From positions 1 through 49,568 of the forward strand of contig QKDR01000143.1 of NCBI GenBank assembly GCA_003252515.1: DNA of 49,568 nucleotides, in the 5' to 3' direction. The notes below the pieces were generated by a model. That model ran no database searches, was not told where the DNA came from, and worked only from the letters and a program-made list of their open reading frames with translations. Positions 8,983 through 18,282 of this stretch are shown here, one piece after another. This DNA comes from Candidatus Delongbacteria bacterium (GTDB lineage: Bacteria > UBA4055). Positions within the stretch are counted from its first letter, which is position 1. Each line of letters begins with the position of its first letter. Made by a program: the position numbers and the translations under genes.

Positions 8983-10158
8983 ATGGAATATATCGAATTA
9001 AAAAATAAAAAGTTTCTTGTTCCCGAAATGTTTTCAGACAAGATCAGCAATTCCTCGTCTTTCAGCGTCTTCAAAAATCACGAGGTCGAGAATACAGGAA
9101 AAATTATAAAAGAACTTAAATCGGGACGTTTTATACTTTTAGAAAATACCGATCAAAGAACTGTAGATAATCTTTACAATATAATTCTGCGAAGGATCAA
9201 TGAATTGATTTCATTTGACGATAACAACAGAATAAGATCGAAAAGTTTCTCCAGGAACAGAAGATCAGAATTCAGCAATGTCAAGAATGAGATACTGAAC
9301 AGGCTTCTGATAATTGCAGAAAATAACAATGTAATTTCTTTCAAATCCGGAGATACTTCTATCAGGAATCTGATATCGTTCTGCGGGCAGGAAATATATA
9401 GCTATAAAAGTGAAGTTTATATTGTTCCGTACAAATTTTTAATAGAACTGGAAGAGTCGTTGAAATTAACTGCTCAAGTTAATTCTATCAATACCGGGAT
9501 CTCTGCGGGAATTAATGTTCTGCTTCCAAAGTCACAGGAAACTACTGAACTGTTCAAAGCCGCGATGCTTTCTCAGGATGACAGATCTTCAAAAAAAATA
9601 CTGGACATGGGATGCGGCTCCGGCGTTCTTACGGTCCTCTCCGACAGCATATACAGCAATTCGGAAATTCATTTTACGGATATTCTGCCTGAATCTATAG
9701 CATCCACTATCTATAATATAGAAAACATTACCGGAACAGGATTCGATTTTGATGATGAATTCATTTCATGTAAAACCGATTCGAATAAAATTATCTGCCG
9801 CAGGACCGGTGACCTGTTCGAGCATGTTGAAGACAAGTTCGATGCGATATTTTTCAATCCCCCATGGATAAACGCAGAAGCCAGGAACAGGTCTGAGAAA
9901 GCTTTGAACGACAAGGATCAGATAGTACTAAAAAGATTTTTAATACAGGCTAAGAACGCACTAAAACCAGGCGGTAGTATAATTTTATCATATTCAGATA
10001 ACAGCGGTGAAAAGGCTGTAGCGAATCTTGACGCTCTCATATCGGAAAATAACTTCAATATATGTTTTGAAAAAGCTGAGAGAGTTCAGTCTTACCAGTC
10101 CGGCAGAAAGTGGATGAAGATATTAGTCAGGATACTGAAGAGGAAAGTAAATGAATAA
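8983..10158 (+). CDS. Class I SAM-dependent methyltransferase (MTS/HemK-like) with long N-terminal extension
   Basis: LDMGCGSG motif I, FFNPPW motif IV, LKPGG. Confidence 0.8.
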   Translation: MEYIELKNKKFLVPEMFSDKISNSSSFSVFKNHEVENTGKIIKELKSGRFILLENTDQRTVDNLYNIILRRINELISFDDNNRIRSKSFSRNRRSEFSNVKNEILNRLLIIAENNNVISFKSGDTSIRNLISFCGQEIYSYKSEVYIVPYKFLIELEESLKLTAQVNSINTGISAGINVLLPKSQETTELFKAAMLSQDDRSSKKILDMGCGSGVLTVLSDSIYSNSEIHFTDILPESIASTIYNIENITGTGFDFDDEFISCKTDSNKIICRRTGDLFEHVEDKFDAIFFNPPWINAEARNRSEKALNDKDQIVLKRFLIQAKNALKPGGSIILSYSDNSGEKAVANLDALISENNFNICFEKAERVQSYQSGRKWMKILVRILKRKVNE

Positions 10159-10969
10159 TAGAAAATTTTATTTTTTTCTGCTGATCCTTGCTATATTTTT
10201 GATGTGGTATATTGTAATACACCGCGATGAAGCGAAAATGGCATCGTTAATATCTCCTTTAGAACCTTCTGAAATACGACATGTTCTTTGGGGATATCCT
10301 GTTAAGGAAGGCGTGATGATATTTGAATATGAAGGTTATACTTCGGGATATGATACTTTAAGACTGAACCCTCTATGGATATCCTACAATCTGAAAAAAG
10401 AATACATTAAGGGCAGAAAATATCTGAATATAAGAAAATTCGCTCCGGACCCGTCACTTGATAAAAAACATACTGCGGCGGACAGCGATTTCAGGAACAG
10501 CGGATTTGACAGAGGACATCTCGCAAGGCAGTCAGATATGAAAGGCAGAAGCGAACAATGCGAACTTCAGTCACTCTATTTTACTAATATCTCACCTCAG
10601 AAACAGAACTTTAACCGTAAGACATGGAACAACCTTGAGATGTCCGTTGACAGACTTACAGAATATTTCGGACAGTCCTGGATAGTAACAGGTCCCTACT
10701 TCGATAACGACAGACAGTTAATTAAAAACCGGGTCGAGATCCCGGACGGATTTTACAAGATCGTACTCCTCGACACACAGGAAGGTATTTATCCTCTGGC
10801 TTTTGTTCTTGATATGGATGACTCGGGAACTGATATTGAAAAATACACAGTCTCGATCGACAGCGTCGAGAGCCTGACGGGGATAGATTTTTTCAGTGAG
10901 TTAAATGATCCTGATGAAGATGCCATTGAATCAAAAGTTCTGAAAGTTCCGTACCATTGGAAGAAATGA
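10151..10969 (+). CDS. DNA/RNA non-specific endonuclease (NucA/EndoG family), N-terminal membrane anchor
   Basis: SGFDRGHL, TNISPQ...FNRKTWNNLE, IVTGP, IPDGFYKI, VESLTGIDFF. Confidence 0.93.
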   Translation: MNNRKFYFFLLILAIFLMWYIVIHRDEAKMASLISPLEPSEIRHVLWGYPVKEGVMIFEYEGYTSGYDTLRLNPLWISYNLKKEYIKGRKYLNIRKFAPDPSLDKKHTAADSDFRNSGFDRGHLARQSDMKGRSEQCELQSLYFTNISPQKQNFNRKTWNNLEMSVDRLTEYFGQSWIVTGPYFDNDRQLIKNRVEIPDGFYKIVLLDTQEGIYPLAFVLDMDDSGTDIEKYTVSIDSVESLTGIDFFSELNDPDEDAIESKVLKVPYHWKK

Positions 10970-10989
10970 TCAGTTTTCCTGCCCGGTGC

Positions 10990-11700
10990 TCATTTTATAA
11001 TATCTATCATATCTTCGACCGCTTTTCCGATACCTGTAAAAACTGATCTGGCAATTATCGAATGTCCTATGTTCAGCTCCTCGATCTCTTCTATCTGGAG
11101 AATATCTTTTACATTATGATAATTAAGACCGTGACCGGCACTTACTCCAAGCCCGGATTTCTCTGCATATACTGCCGCTGCCCTTATCTTTTCGAACTCT
11201 TCGATAATCTCCGATTCGGTTTTCGCATTGGCGTAATGCCCGGTATGTATCTCGATCAGATCAGCTTCAATGGAGGAACACTGTTTGATCTGGGATATAT
11301 CGGGATCAACGAAGATGGACACCTTGATACCTGCGCTTTTTAATCTGAATACTATATCCCTGAGATGGTCTTTTAGCGAGATCACATCAAGACCGCCCTC
11401 AGTTGTAAGTTCTTCCCTCTTTTCCGGTACGAGGGTCACCATATCCGGTCTGATCTTGGTCGCTATCCTAACCATTTCGTCATTTCCTGCCATTTCCAGA
11501 TTCAAATGGCTGTTGACAGCTTCCCTTATACGTCTCAGATCTTCGTCATTTATATGCCTTCTGTCTTCGCGCAAATGACATACGATACCGTCAGCGCCGG
11601 CAAGGTCGCAAAGGATCGCCGCTGCTACAGGGTCCGGTTCGTAAGTCTTTCTCGCTTCTCTTAAAGTCGCGATGTGGTCAATATTAACACCCAGTCTCAT
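10990..11700 (-). CDS. pdxJ: Pyridoxine 5'-phosphate synthase
   Basis: LGVNIDHIATLR, HLREDRRHI, ELTTEGGLDV, AGHGLNY, LNIGHSII. Confidence 0.97.
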   Translation of the reverse strand: MRLGVNIDHIATLREARKTYEPDPVAAAILCDLAGADGIVCHLREDRRHINDEDLRRIREAVNSHLNLEMAGNDEMVRIATKIRPDMVTLVPEKREELTTEGGLDVISLKDHLRDIVFRLKSAGIKVSIFVDPDISQIKQCSSIEADLIEIHTGHYANAKTESEIIEEFEKIRAAAVYAEKSGLGVSAGHGLNYHNVKDILQIEEIEELNIGHSIIARSVFTGIGKAVEDMIDIIK

Positions 11701-11717
11701 TTTATCCTCCAGGATTA

Positions 11718-12455
11718 TTACCCTCTATATAGAGCGTTCTTTTTCATACCGCCCTGATGAACTCCGCCGGGCTGCATCATTCTTTTGGCGGAAGGTCTTT
11801 CAAGCATGAACTGATACCACGATTCTCCAAAAGATTTCATCCTCATCTTTCTGTTGTTTTTCAGTTCCAGTATATTCGATTTTATCCTGTCGTCTGCTTC
11901 TTTCAGTTTTTTATTGCCTTCCTCGAGTATTTTAAGCGCATCCTCTTTTTTCCCGGTCTTTTCAAGGCAATATGCATATAGCGCCCATGCAAGACCTTCT
12001 TTCTTTCCGGAAGTAATTACGGTCTTAAAAGACTCTTCCATTTTGTTATAGTTCTTTTCGTTCATATATATCACTGCAAGCATACCTTTCGCTACCCAGT
12101 TCATTGATGAAGCTTTCATTAGTGATTCTCTGGCTTTCTCGTTGTCTTTCCTAATATAATGTATCATTCCGATCATGCCATATATCTGTCCGACTATGAA
12201 AGGACTTTTCTTCCCGAGTTCAAGTCCGCTTTCATAGATCCTTAGAGCGCGGTCGAAATTTTGGGAATATAAAGCTTTCTGAGCTTTCTGATTTAGTATC
12301 TCCAGTTCTTTTGAAGCCTTTCTTATAAGAATAATAAAAACTGCTGTTGCAAAAATGATCCCGATCAGTATAGAGAATGATAAATTATCTAAAAGATAAT
12401 ACATTCCCGCTGTTACGGCGATCAGGGTCAATATTGTTATCAGAATATTTCTCAT
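11718..12455 (-). CDS. Membrane-anchored TPR-like protein
   Basis: Two N-terminal hydrophobic helices followed by helical TPR-like repeats. Confidence 0.6.
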   Translation of the reverse strand: MRNILITILTLIAVTAGMYYLLDNLSFSILIGIIFATAVFIILIRKASKELEILNQKAQKALYSQNFDRALRIYESGLELGKKSPFIVGQIYGMIGMIHYIRKDNEKARESLMKASSMNWVAKGMLAVIYMNEKNYNKMEESFKTVITSGKKEGLAWALYAYCLEKTGKKEDALKILEEGNKKLKEADDRIKSNILELKNNRKMRMKSFGESWYQFMLERPSAKRMMQPGGVHQGGMKKNALYRG

Positions 12456-12465
12456 TTATTTTGTC

Positions 12466-12921
12466 CTATTTGTGATATTTTTTGTTGTTTATAATGCTGT
12501 ATGCTCTGTATATCTGCTCTGCCAGAAAAAACCTGATCATCTGGTGAGTGAAAGTCAGGGCTGAAAACGACAGTCTATGACTGCATACGTTTCTTAATTT
12601 ATCACTGACACCTTCAGATCCCCCGATAATAAATACTATACCTAGTATTGATGAATCCCTCTTTGATCTTATCATCTCTGCGAACTCTTCCGATGTCGGA
12701 CTGTTCCCTTTTATATCCATGAGAACAGTAAAATAACCTGCGGGAATATTCTTAATAAGCTTATCGCTTTCAGTATCCGCAGGATTTGATTTTTCATCTT
12801 CTTCTTTCAGATATAATTCATCAATTGACACATACGGGTTAAGAAGCTTTTTATACCTTTCGATTCCCTCGATAAGGTATTTATGCTTGGTCTTTCCTAT
12901 ACCCAGGAATAATATCTTCAA
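12466..12921 (-). CDS. rlmH: 23S rRNA (pseudouridine1915-N3)-methyltransferase
   Basis: FIIGGSEG, LSFSALTFTHQMIR, EQIYRA...YHK. Confidence 0.95.
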   Translation of the reverse strand: MKILFLGIGKTKHKYLIEGIERYKKLLNPYVSIDELYLKEEDEKSNPADTESDKLIKNIPAGYFTVLMDIKGNSPTSEEFAEMIRSKRDSSILGIVFIIGGSEGVSDKLRNVCSHRLSFSALTFTHQMIRFFLAEQIYRAYSIINNKKYHK

Positions 12922-13100
12922 TTTTCAAACTGCTCTTTTTCTTCCTTAACGATCTTTATTTTCTTTATCTCGTTACTGTTAAAAAAGTATTCGTAGAGTC
13001 TTATAATATCTTTAACATCTCGTTTTGAGAGAGTGCTGACAGCATAGAAAGACGGTGCTTTTTTACTGTTGTCTATTATCGGTAAAAGTTTATTTATCAC
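12918..13100 (-). CDS. Small hypothetical protein (60 aa)
   Basis: GTG start; its stop overlaps the rlmH start by 4 bp; fills the gap after a terminator. Confidence 0.45.
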   Translation of the reverse strand: MINKLLPIIDNSKKAPSFYAVSTLSKRDVKDIIRLYEYFFNSNEIKKIKIVKEEKEQFEN

Positions 13101-13175
13101 TTCATGCCCTTTGTTTTTTTAGCGCCCTAAATATATGAAATCGGGTCGGGTTTCGCAAACTTAATTTTTTATTAT

Positions 13176-13200
13176 AAAAAAAGCGGCCGAAGCCGCTTTT
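13176..13200 (-). terminator. Intrinsic terminator after the sigma/anti-sigma operon
   Basis: AAAAAAA-GCGGC-cgaa-GCCGC-TTTT on the plus strand, giving a 7-U tract on the minus strand. Confidence 0.85.
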
Positions 13201-13218
13201 ATATTGATCTGACCTGTT

Positions 13219-13746
13219 TTATTCTCCTGTGCTGACTTTCAGCCTGAGCTCTTCGTCTTCAGTTACATTCTTACCCAGACTTTCTAAAGAATCGGTTACG
13301 GTTTTGTCGTCGCTTTGGTCGTATTCTGATGCAACAGACATTCCGGAAGTACCTGGCTGGATCGAGTTACTATTATTTAAGTCAAGAATTCCTAGAGAAC
13401 TGACATATATGAAAGCTATCACTATTGCAGCGATACCAGAAACGTAATATACCGCTCTTGAAAAAAATGGAATTGACCTGTCAGCTTCTTTTTCTGAACT
13501 TTCTGCATTTACCTGCTCGATCTGACGAATCTTCGACCAAAGCCTTTCATTAAAATCAGCAGATACGCTGACTTTAGATAAGGATCTGATTTTATCCGAA
13601 ACAGATTTAATATCAGCTATAAGACTTTCGCAGTCCGAACAGCCGGCTAAGTGTCCGGATAATTCACTGTCCACAGTATCTGCAATAAAATCAATTTCAG
13701 TGTTCTCGTTTTTGATCATTTCTTCTATTCTGCTGCATTTGTTCAT
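13219..13746 (-). CDS. Zinc-binding anti-sigma factor (ZAS), single transmembrane helix
   Basis: HLAGCSDC (HxxxCxxC), one TM segment, directly downstream of an ECF sigma factor. Confidence 0.85.
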   Translation of the reverse strand: MNKCSRIEEMIKNENTEIDFIADTVDSELSGHLAGCSDCESLIADIKSVSDKIRSLSKVSVSADFNERLWSKIRQIEQVNAESSEKEADRSIPFFSRAVYYVSGIAAIVIAFIYVSSLGILDLNNSNSIQPGTSGMSVASEYDQSDDKTVTDSLESLGKNVTEDEELRLKVSTGE

Positions 13747-13771
13747 TTTATACTCCGGTCGCTTAAATTAT

Positions 13772-14350
13772 TTATCTAATGTAGTCCGTTAAAGCATCCC
13801 TCAAATTCAGCCTTGCTCTGTTCAGCCTTGATTTCACCGTGCCTGTAGGAATATTAAGAAGCGCGGCGATCTCTTCGTAGCTCATTTCATCTATATCTCT
13901 GAGCATTACTATTTCACGGAACTTTTCTTCCAGACTGTCTATTGAACTCATGATAATATCTGAAAGTTCATTTTTCATTACATCACCGTCTGTTGATGAG
14001 TGTTTATCCTTTATTTCGTAATCATTTTCTCCGTCTTTACCTGTTATTGAGAACGAATTCATCTTCCCTGACCTTGAAAGGGCTGTTTTGGCAAGATTAA
14101 TCGCAATTGTATAGATCCATGTCGATACTTTTGCTATTTCTTTATACTTATCTTTATTCAGATAAACCCTTACAAATGTATCCTGGACAATATCCTCTGC
14201 CGATTCTCTGTCTTTCATATAATAAAATATATGATTCATAAGTTTATTCTTGTACCTTTCGACCAGCTCGGAATAAGAATTCTCATCACCGTTCTGGAAT
14301 CTCAGCATCAGATCTTCATCTGAAAGTCTTTTTAGATTTTCCATGCTCAT
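13772..14350 (-). CDS. ECF-family RNA polymerase sigma factor (RpoE/SigW-like)
   Basis: AEDIVQDTF, STWIYTIAIN, MSYEEIAALLNIPTGTVKSRLNRAR. Confidence 0.95.
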   Translation of the reverse strand: MSMENLKRLSDEDLMLRFQNGDENSYSELVERYKNKLMNHIFYYMKDRESAEDIVQDTFVRVYLNKDKYKEIAKVSTWIYTIAINLAKTALSRSGKMNSFSITGKDGENDYEIKDKHSSTDGDVMKNELSDIIMSSIDSLEEKFREIVMLRDIDEMSYEEIAALLNIPTGTVKSRLNRARLNLRDALTDYIR

Positions 14351-14381
14351 TTCCTGCTCTTTCCAGCAATTAAACTAATTA

Positions 14382-15341
14382 TTATTTATTTTGTTCTGTA
14401 GAATCATTTACATAGTCAGGTTTTTGATAAGTCAAATAAAAAATTGTTGTAAGAATTATTTCTGCGAATGAAATTATTATCCTGTGAATCCAAGGAAGTA
14501 CCAGTGCGTATTCAAGAGGTATAAAACCGCTTAACCAGAAAGACATAGCTCCCTCTCTTACTCCAATTCCCCCGGGAGCGAAAAAAGCAATAAGTCCCAG
14601 CGTCCAGCTGATAGGGAGTATAAACAACACTTCAGGATTTCTTATTATCGACAAGCTGGTATATGAATTTACTAATATTATGAAAGTAAAACTCATCAAG
14701 ACCCAGTTCACCGTTTGAAAAAGAATGAAGAGAATATAATTTCTTTTTGACAGAGAATTATCAATTTTTTCTCTATTGAATTTCGATAAGAAATAATTCG
14801 ATGATCTTAGAAAGAACGAAGGGAACCAAAGTACAAAAAAGAATACCGCTGTAAGAATTATAGTTATATGATATGTATTTGGAAACCGTCCTCCACTGCT
14901 TTTTATAAAAAGAAGAGAAAGTCCCATTAAAAGACCCAATCCGTTTGAGGCTATTTGGGAATAGAGTACACTCTGAACAGCCTTGTTTTTTGATACGCCT
15001 TCAGCCGCTGAGAAATAAACTAGTCCCGCTAGCTGAAGAACTTTACCCGGAATATATCTGCCAAGATTTGAGACAAACCATATTTTCAAAGCAGGAAGGG
15101 TGTTGATCTTCCCTCCAAGTGATCCGATAAGGAATTTCCACACAAAAACCGGATAAATTAGAGATATGAATACTGTGAGGACTGCCATGAACATATATAC
15201 AGGATCATAACTGCTGAAATCAGTATCTTTTAGCTTGTCAATATTTCCGCTTATATTGCTTATGACGAACCATATTACGGCGCTAAACAATAATATCTTT
15301 ATTATTCCTGTTAAATATTTCAGATGCCTTTTGTCTGTCAT
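14382..15341 (-). CDS. Lysylphosphatidylglycerol-synthase TM-domain / flippase-like membrane protein
   Basis: SNLGRYIPGKV and APGGIGVRE motifs, multiple TM helices. Confidence 0.85.
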   Translation of the reverse strand: MTDKRHLKYLTGIIKILLFSAVIWFVISNISGNIDKLKDTDFSSYDPVYMFMAVLTVFISLIYPVFVWKFLIGSLGGKINTLPALKIWFVSNLGRYIPGKVLQLAGLVYFSAAEGVSKNKAVQSVLYSQIASNGLGLLMGLSLLFIKSSGGRFPNTYHITIILTAVFFFVLWFPSFFLRSSNYFLSKFNREKIDNSLSKRNYILFILFQTVNWVLMSFTFIILVNSYTSLSIIRNPEVLFILPISWTLGLIAFFAPGGIGVREGAMSFWLSGFIPLEYALVLPWIHRIIISFAEIILTTIFYLTYQKPDYVNDSTEQNK

Positions 15342-15486
15342 TTAAACCTCTATCACGCAGGAAATCAAATATAATTAAAAAATCATAGTTACGCTATTTA
15401 AAAAACATTAAAGTATTCAGAGTGTTTACACCTTGACAAACATGTTTTTTTTAATTTTATTTATGAAAAATCCGGGATTTATTTTT

Positions 15487-16512
15487 ATGATCAAATTCGG
15501 CTTAATTGGATGTGGAAGGATATCTGAGAATCATTTCAGAGCTGTAGAGCAGGTGCAGGATGCGGAAATAATTACATGCTGCGATATTGACGTTGCCAGA
15601 GCAAGAAGCAAAGCTCAAGAATTTCGTATCAGCTCGTTTTATGAAAACTATGAAGAAATGATAGATAAAGAACAGATAGATGCTGTTATTGTTTGCACGC
15701 CAAGCGGTCTCCATCCTGAAATAGGAATAGCATCAGCTTCAAGAAAATTGCATGTTGTAACCGAAAAACCTATGGCGACTGATCTTGAATCGGCTGACAA
15801 GCTTATTCAGACATGTGATAAAAATGACGTCAAATTATTCGTTGTCAAGCAAAACCGGCTTAACTCAACAATGAAGCTTTTAAAAAGTGCTATAGTAAAA
15901 AACAGATTTGGGAAAATTTATACAGTACAATCCAATGTATTCTGGCAGAGACCCCAATCTTATTATGATCAGGCAAAATGGAGAGGTACCTGGGAATTTG
16001 ACGGTGGCGCGTTTATGAACCAGGCAAGCCATTATGTTGATGCATTATATTGGTTAATCGGTCCGGTTGATCATGTTATGGCAGAAACTGCAACAATGGC
16101 AAGAAAAATAGAAACTGAAGATACCGGATCAGCGATATTAAAATTCAGGAACGGCGTAATAGGTACGCTTAATGTCACGCTGCTTGTATATCCTAAAAAT
16201 CTTGAAGGCTCCATAACTGTACTTGGTGAAAAAGGGACAGTCAAGTTGGGAGGTATTGCTGTAAATAAAATCGAGAAATGGGAATTCGATGAGTTCGACG
16301 AAGACGATACCTCTGTTTTTGATTCAAGCTACCAGACACCAAATGTTTACGGATACGGGCATCTTCAATATTACTACAACGTCATCAAAGCTCTGAAAGG
16401 TGAAATTGAACCAGATATAGATGGAAGGGACGGAAGGAAATCACTTGAAATTATTAAGGCTATATATTTATCCGCAAAAGAAGGTAAAAAAATCGCACTG
16501 CCCTTAAAATAA
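15487..16512 (+). CDS. Gfo/Idh/MocA oxidoreductase, WbpB/WlbA-like UDP-sugar 3-dehydrogenase
   Basis: IGCGRIS, TPSGLH, EKPMA, VVKQNR, WRGTWEFDGGAFMNQASHYVD. Start moved to ATG 15487 (MIKFGLIG) because the upstream codons overlap a TTGACA promoter-like element. Confidence 0.88.
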   Translation: MIKFGLIGCGRISENHFRAVEQVQDAEIITCCDIDVARARSKAQEFRISSFYENYEEMIDKEQIDAVIVCTPSGLHPEIGIASASRKLHVVTEKPMATDLESADKLIQTCDKNDVKLFVVKQNRLNSTMKLLKSAIVKNRFGKIYTVQSNVFWQRPQSYYDQAKWRGTWEFDGGAFMNQASHYVDALYWLIGPVDHVMAETATMARKIETEDTGSAILKFRNGVIGTLNVTLLVYPKNLEGSITVLGEKGTVKLGGIAVNKIEKWEFDEFDEDDTSVFDSSYQTPNVYGYGHLQYYYNVIKALKGEIEPDIDGRDGRKSLEIIKAIYLSAKEGKKIALPLK

Positions 16513-16519
16513 TTTATTT

Positions 16520-16705
16520 TTAAATATCTTTTTCTTTGACTTCGTCCTTTAAAATTGTTGTATTTTGTTTCATTTTCCTTATTTCGGCAAGCAATTCATC
16601 CTGATTGAAAATATTGTGCTTAAGAAGCACTTGGATCAAAGCTTCGATCGTGATCGTATTAGTAAGTGACAGTTTCTCTAACGAAAGATCTATTTTGGGC
16701 TCCAT
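16520..16705 (-). CDS. Small hypothetical helical protein
   Basis: EALIQVLLKHNIFNQDELLAEI amphipathic pattern. Start may be 16705 or 16732. Confidence 0.55.
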   Translation of the reverse strand: MEPKIDLSLEKLSLTNTITIEALIQVLLKHNIFNQDELLAEIRKMKQNTTILKDEVKEKDI

Positions 16706-16814
16706 GGCATCTTTTTTCTTGAACGACAGCATTTTTTCTCCGGAATTTATAATTTGATTATTTAGTCATGTTATGCTATATTAGCTGTCCGGAATATATG
16801 AAAGCTGGTAAATT

Positions 16815-17378
16815 ATGGCAAGATTTTTATTTCTGATACTCATTTCCGCAATGATGTTTTCCTGTTCCGATATATTCTCGACAAGAGATCCGGAAGATCC
16901 GGAAGGTAATACAGGAAATAATTTAAACGAATCAGTTTCAGAACTTCAGATAAATTTCAAAACTTCTTTACTTGGTCTGGACCCTTACCTTTATGAATCT
17001 TTATTTATCAACCAGATCATATCAGAATATAGCTATACTTATATTTGTGAAGCATATGACACTGAAGCATCAATCTTCCGGGACTGGACAATAGAAAATG
17101 AAAAAAAATTTCTGACCGGTCTTAAAGTTTCGGAATACTCGATATCAGATATTCAATTCGTAAGCGGACCTGTCGACGAGACTGCTGATTCAACTTCTCT
17201 TGATATAGAATATTCTATGAAAATAACTACACCTGCAAATGAGTTTTCAGTTAACGGCAGTTTTATATTCGATCTGATCAAGGTCGACGGACATTTCTGG
17301 TATATCAGGAAATGGAGGGATATTTCTTCTCAGGATCAGACGAGCTTCAGCAAGCTGAAAGAACCTTACGCTTTCTGA
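16815..17378 (+). CDS. Putative lipoprotein
   Basis: Signal peptide with lipobox MFS-C; C-terminal WYIRKWRD strand reminiscent of NTF2-like folds. Confidence 0.7.
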   Translation: MARFLFLILISAMMFSCSDIFSTRDPEDPEGNTGNNLNESVSELQINFKTSLLGLDPYLYESLFINQIISEYSYTYICEAYDTEASIFRDWTIENEKKFLTGLKVSEYSISDIQFVSGPVDETADSTSLDIEYSMKITTPANEFSVNGSFIFDLIKVDGHFWYIRKWRDISSQDQTSFSKLKEPYAF

Positions 17379-17401
17379 TAATGAATTACCATACAAATAA
17401 G

Positions 17402-17430
17402 TTGACAAAACCGAGTGGTTTTTTTATATT
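17402..17430 (+). promoter_or_regulatory. sigma70 promoter of the tRNA-Arg operon
   Basis: TTGACA, 17 bp spacer, TATATT. Confidence 0.75.
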
Positions 17431-17454
17431 CGATACTCTTTAAAATAGACTATT

Positions 17455-17527
17455 GCTCCCGTAGCTCAGTGGATAGAGCAGTGGTTTCCTAAACCATTGG
17501 TCGGAGGTTCAACTCCTCTCGGGAGTA
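17455..17527 (+). tRNA. tRNA-Arg (anticodon CCT), CCA not encoded
   Basis: Cloverleaf: acceptor GCTCCCG/CGGGAGT, D arm GCTC/GAGC, anticodon arm GTGGT-TTCCTAA-ACCAT, T arm GGAGG-TTCAACT-CCTCT. Confidence 0.96.
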
Positions 17528-17581
17528 CAAAACGAGCGAGGGAGTAAACCTTGTAAAGGCAACTCCTCTCGGGAGTACAAA
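17510..17581 (+). repeat. 22-bp direct repeat of the tRNA-Arg 3' end
   Basis: CAACTCCTCTCGGGAGTACAAA at 17510-17531 and 17560-17581. Confidence 0.95.
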
Positions 17582-17613
17582 GCTATAACTTTTGCATCAA
17601 ACAGGAGACGGAT

Positions 17614-18282
17614 ATGAATATCAAGTACAAAAGAAAACCTGAAAACGAAGAAATGATGGCGGTATATGAGTTCTTCAAAAAATACAGGAACCATATAATG
17701 TCGGCTCTGGTTATTATTGCCGTGACGATCTTAGCCGTAAATTTTTATTCATCAAATAAACTCAAGAACGAAAAAATATCAGCTGACAAACTTTTTGAAA
17801 TCAATAAGGCTTTTCAAAACGGAGAGGATGACACTGTAATATCAAAAGGATCAGAATATATAGACAAATACTCAGGATATGACTCTGCAGGAGATATCCT
17901 GATACTTATCGCAAAATCCTACATGAAGAAAAATGATACTGACGGAGCTGTTTCTGTTCTTGAGAAAAATATTTCTCTTACATCAAATGAGACATTTAAA
18001 TTTTCTGTATTGAACCTTCTCGGAGGTCTTTATATGGATAAATGGCTTGCTGAAAAAAATCCTGATCTGGCAGAAAAAGCCGGTGATTATTACATGAAAG
18101 CGGCAACTGCTGACAGAGAATTACACAAGGACAGAACATTATACTATGCAGGCAATTGCTATTTACAGGCGGGAAAAATAGAAAAAGCAAAGAAAACTCT
18201 TAAGTCTTTGTACGACCGTTCAAGAGATCTGGAATATAAATTAAGAGAACAGGTTAAATATCTTTACGAAAACCTTGACTGA
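17614..18282 (+). CDS. Membrane-anchored TPR protein (YfgM-like)
   Basis: GGAG RBS, single N-terminal TM helix, TPR-like helices. Confidence 0.7.
   Translation: MNIKYKRKPENEEMMAVYEFFKKYRNHIMSALVIIAVTILAVNFYSSNKLKNEKISADKLFEINKAFQNGEDDTVISKGSEYIDKYSGYDSAGDILILIAKSYMKKNDTDGAVSVLEKNISLTSNETFKFSVLNLLGGLYMDKWLAEKNPDLAEKAGDYYMKAATADRELHKDRTLYYAGNCYLQAGKIEKAKKTLKSLYDRSRDLEYKLREQVKYLYENLD

Noticed and set aside
8983-10969. Methyltransferase plus nuclease as a restriction-modification or defence pair
   Set aside because: The nuclease is a non-specific NucA type with an N-terminal membrane anchor, so it is probably extracytoplasmic. The methyltransferase looks HemK/RsmC-like rather than a DNA methyltransferase.
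17510-17581. Mini CRISPR array or a second tRNA
   Set aside because: Only two copies, the repeat is the tRNA 3' end, there are no cas genes, and the second copy lacks D and anticodon arms.
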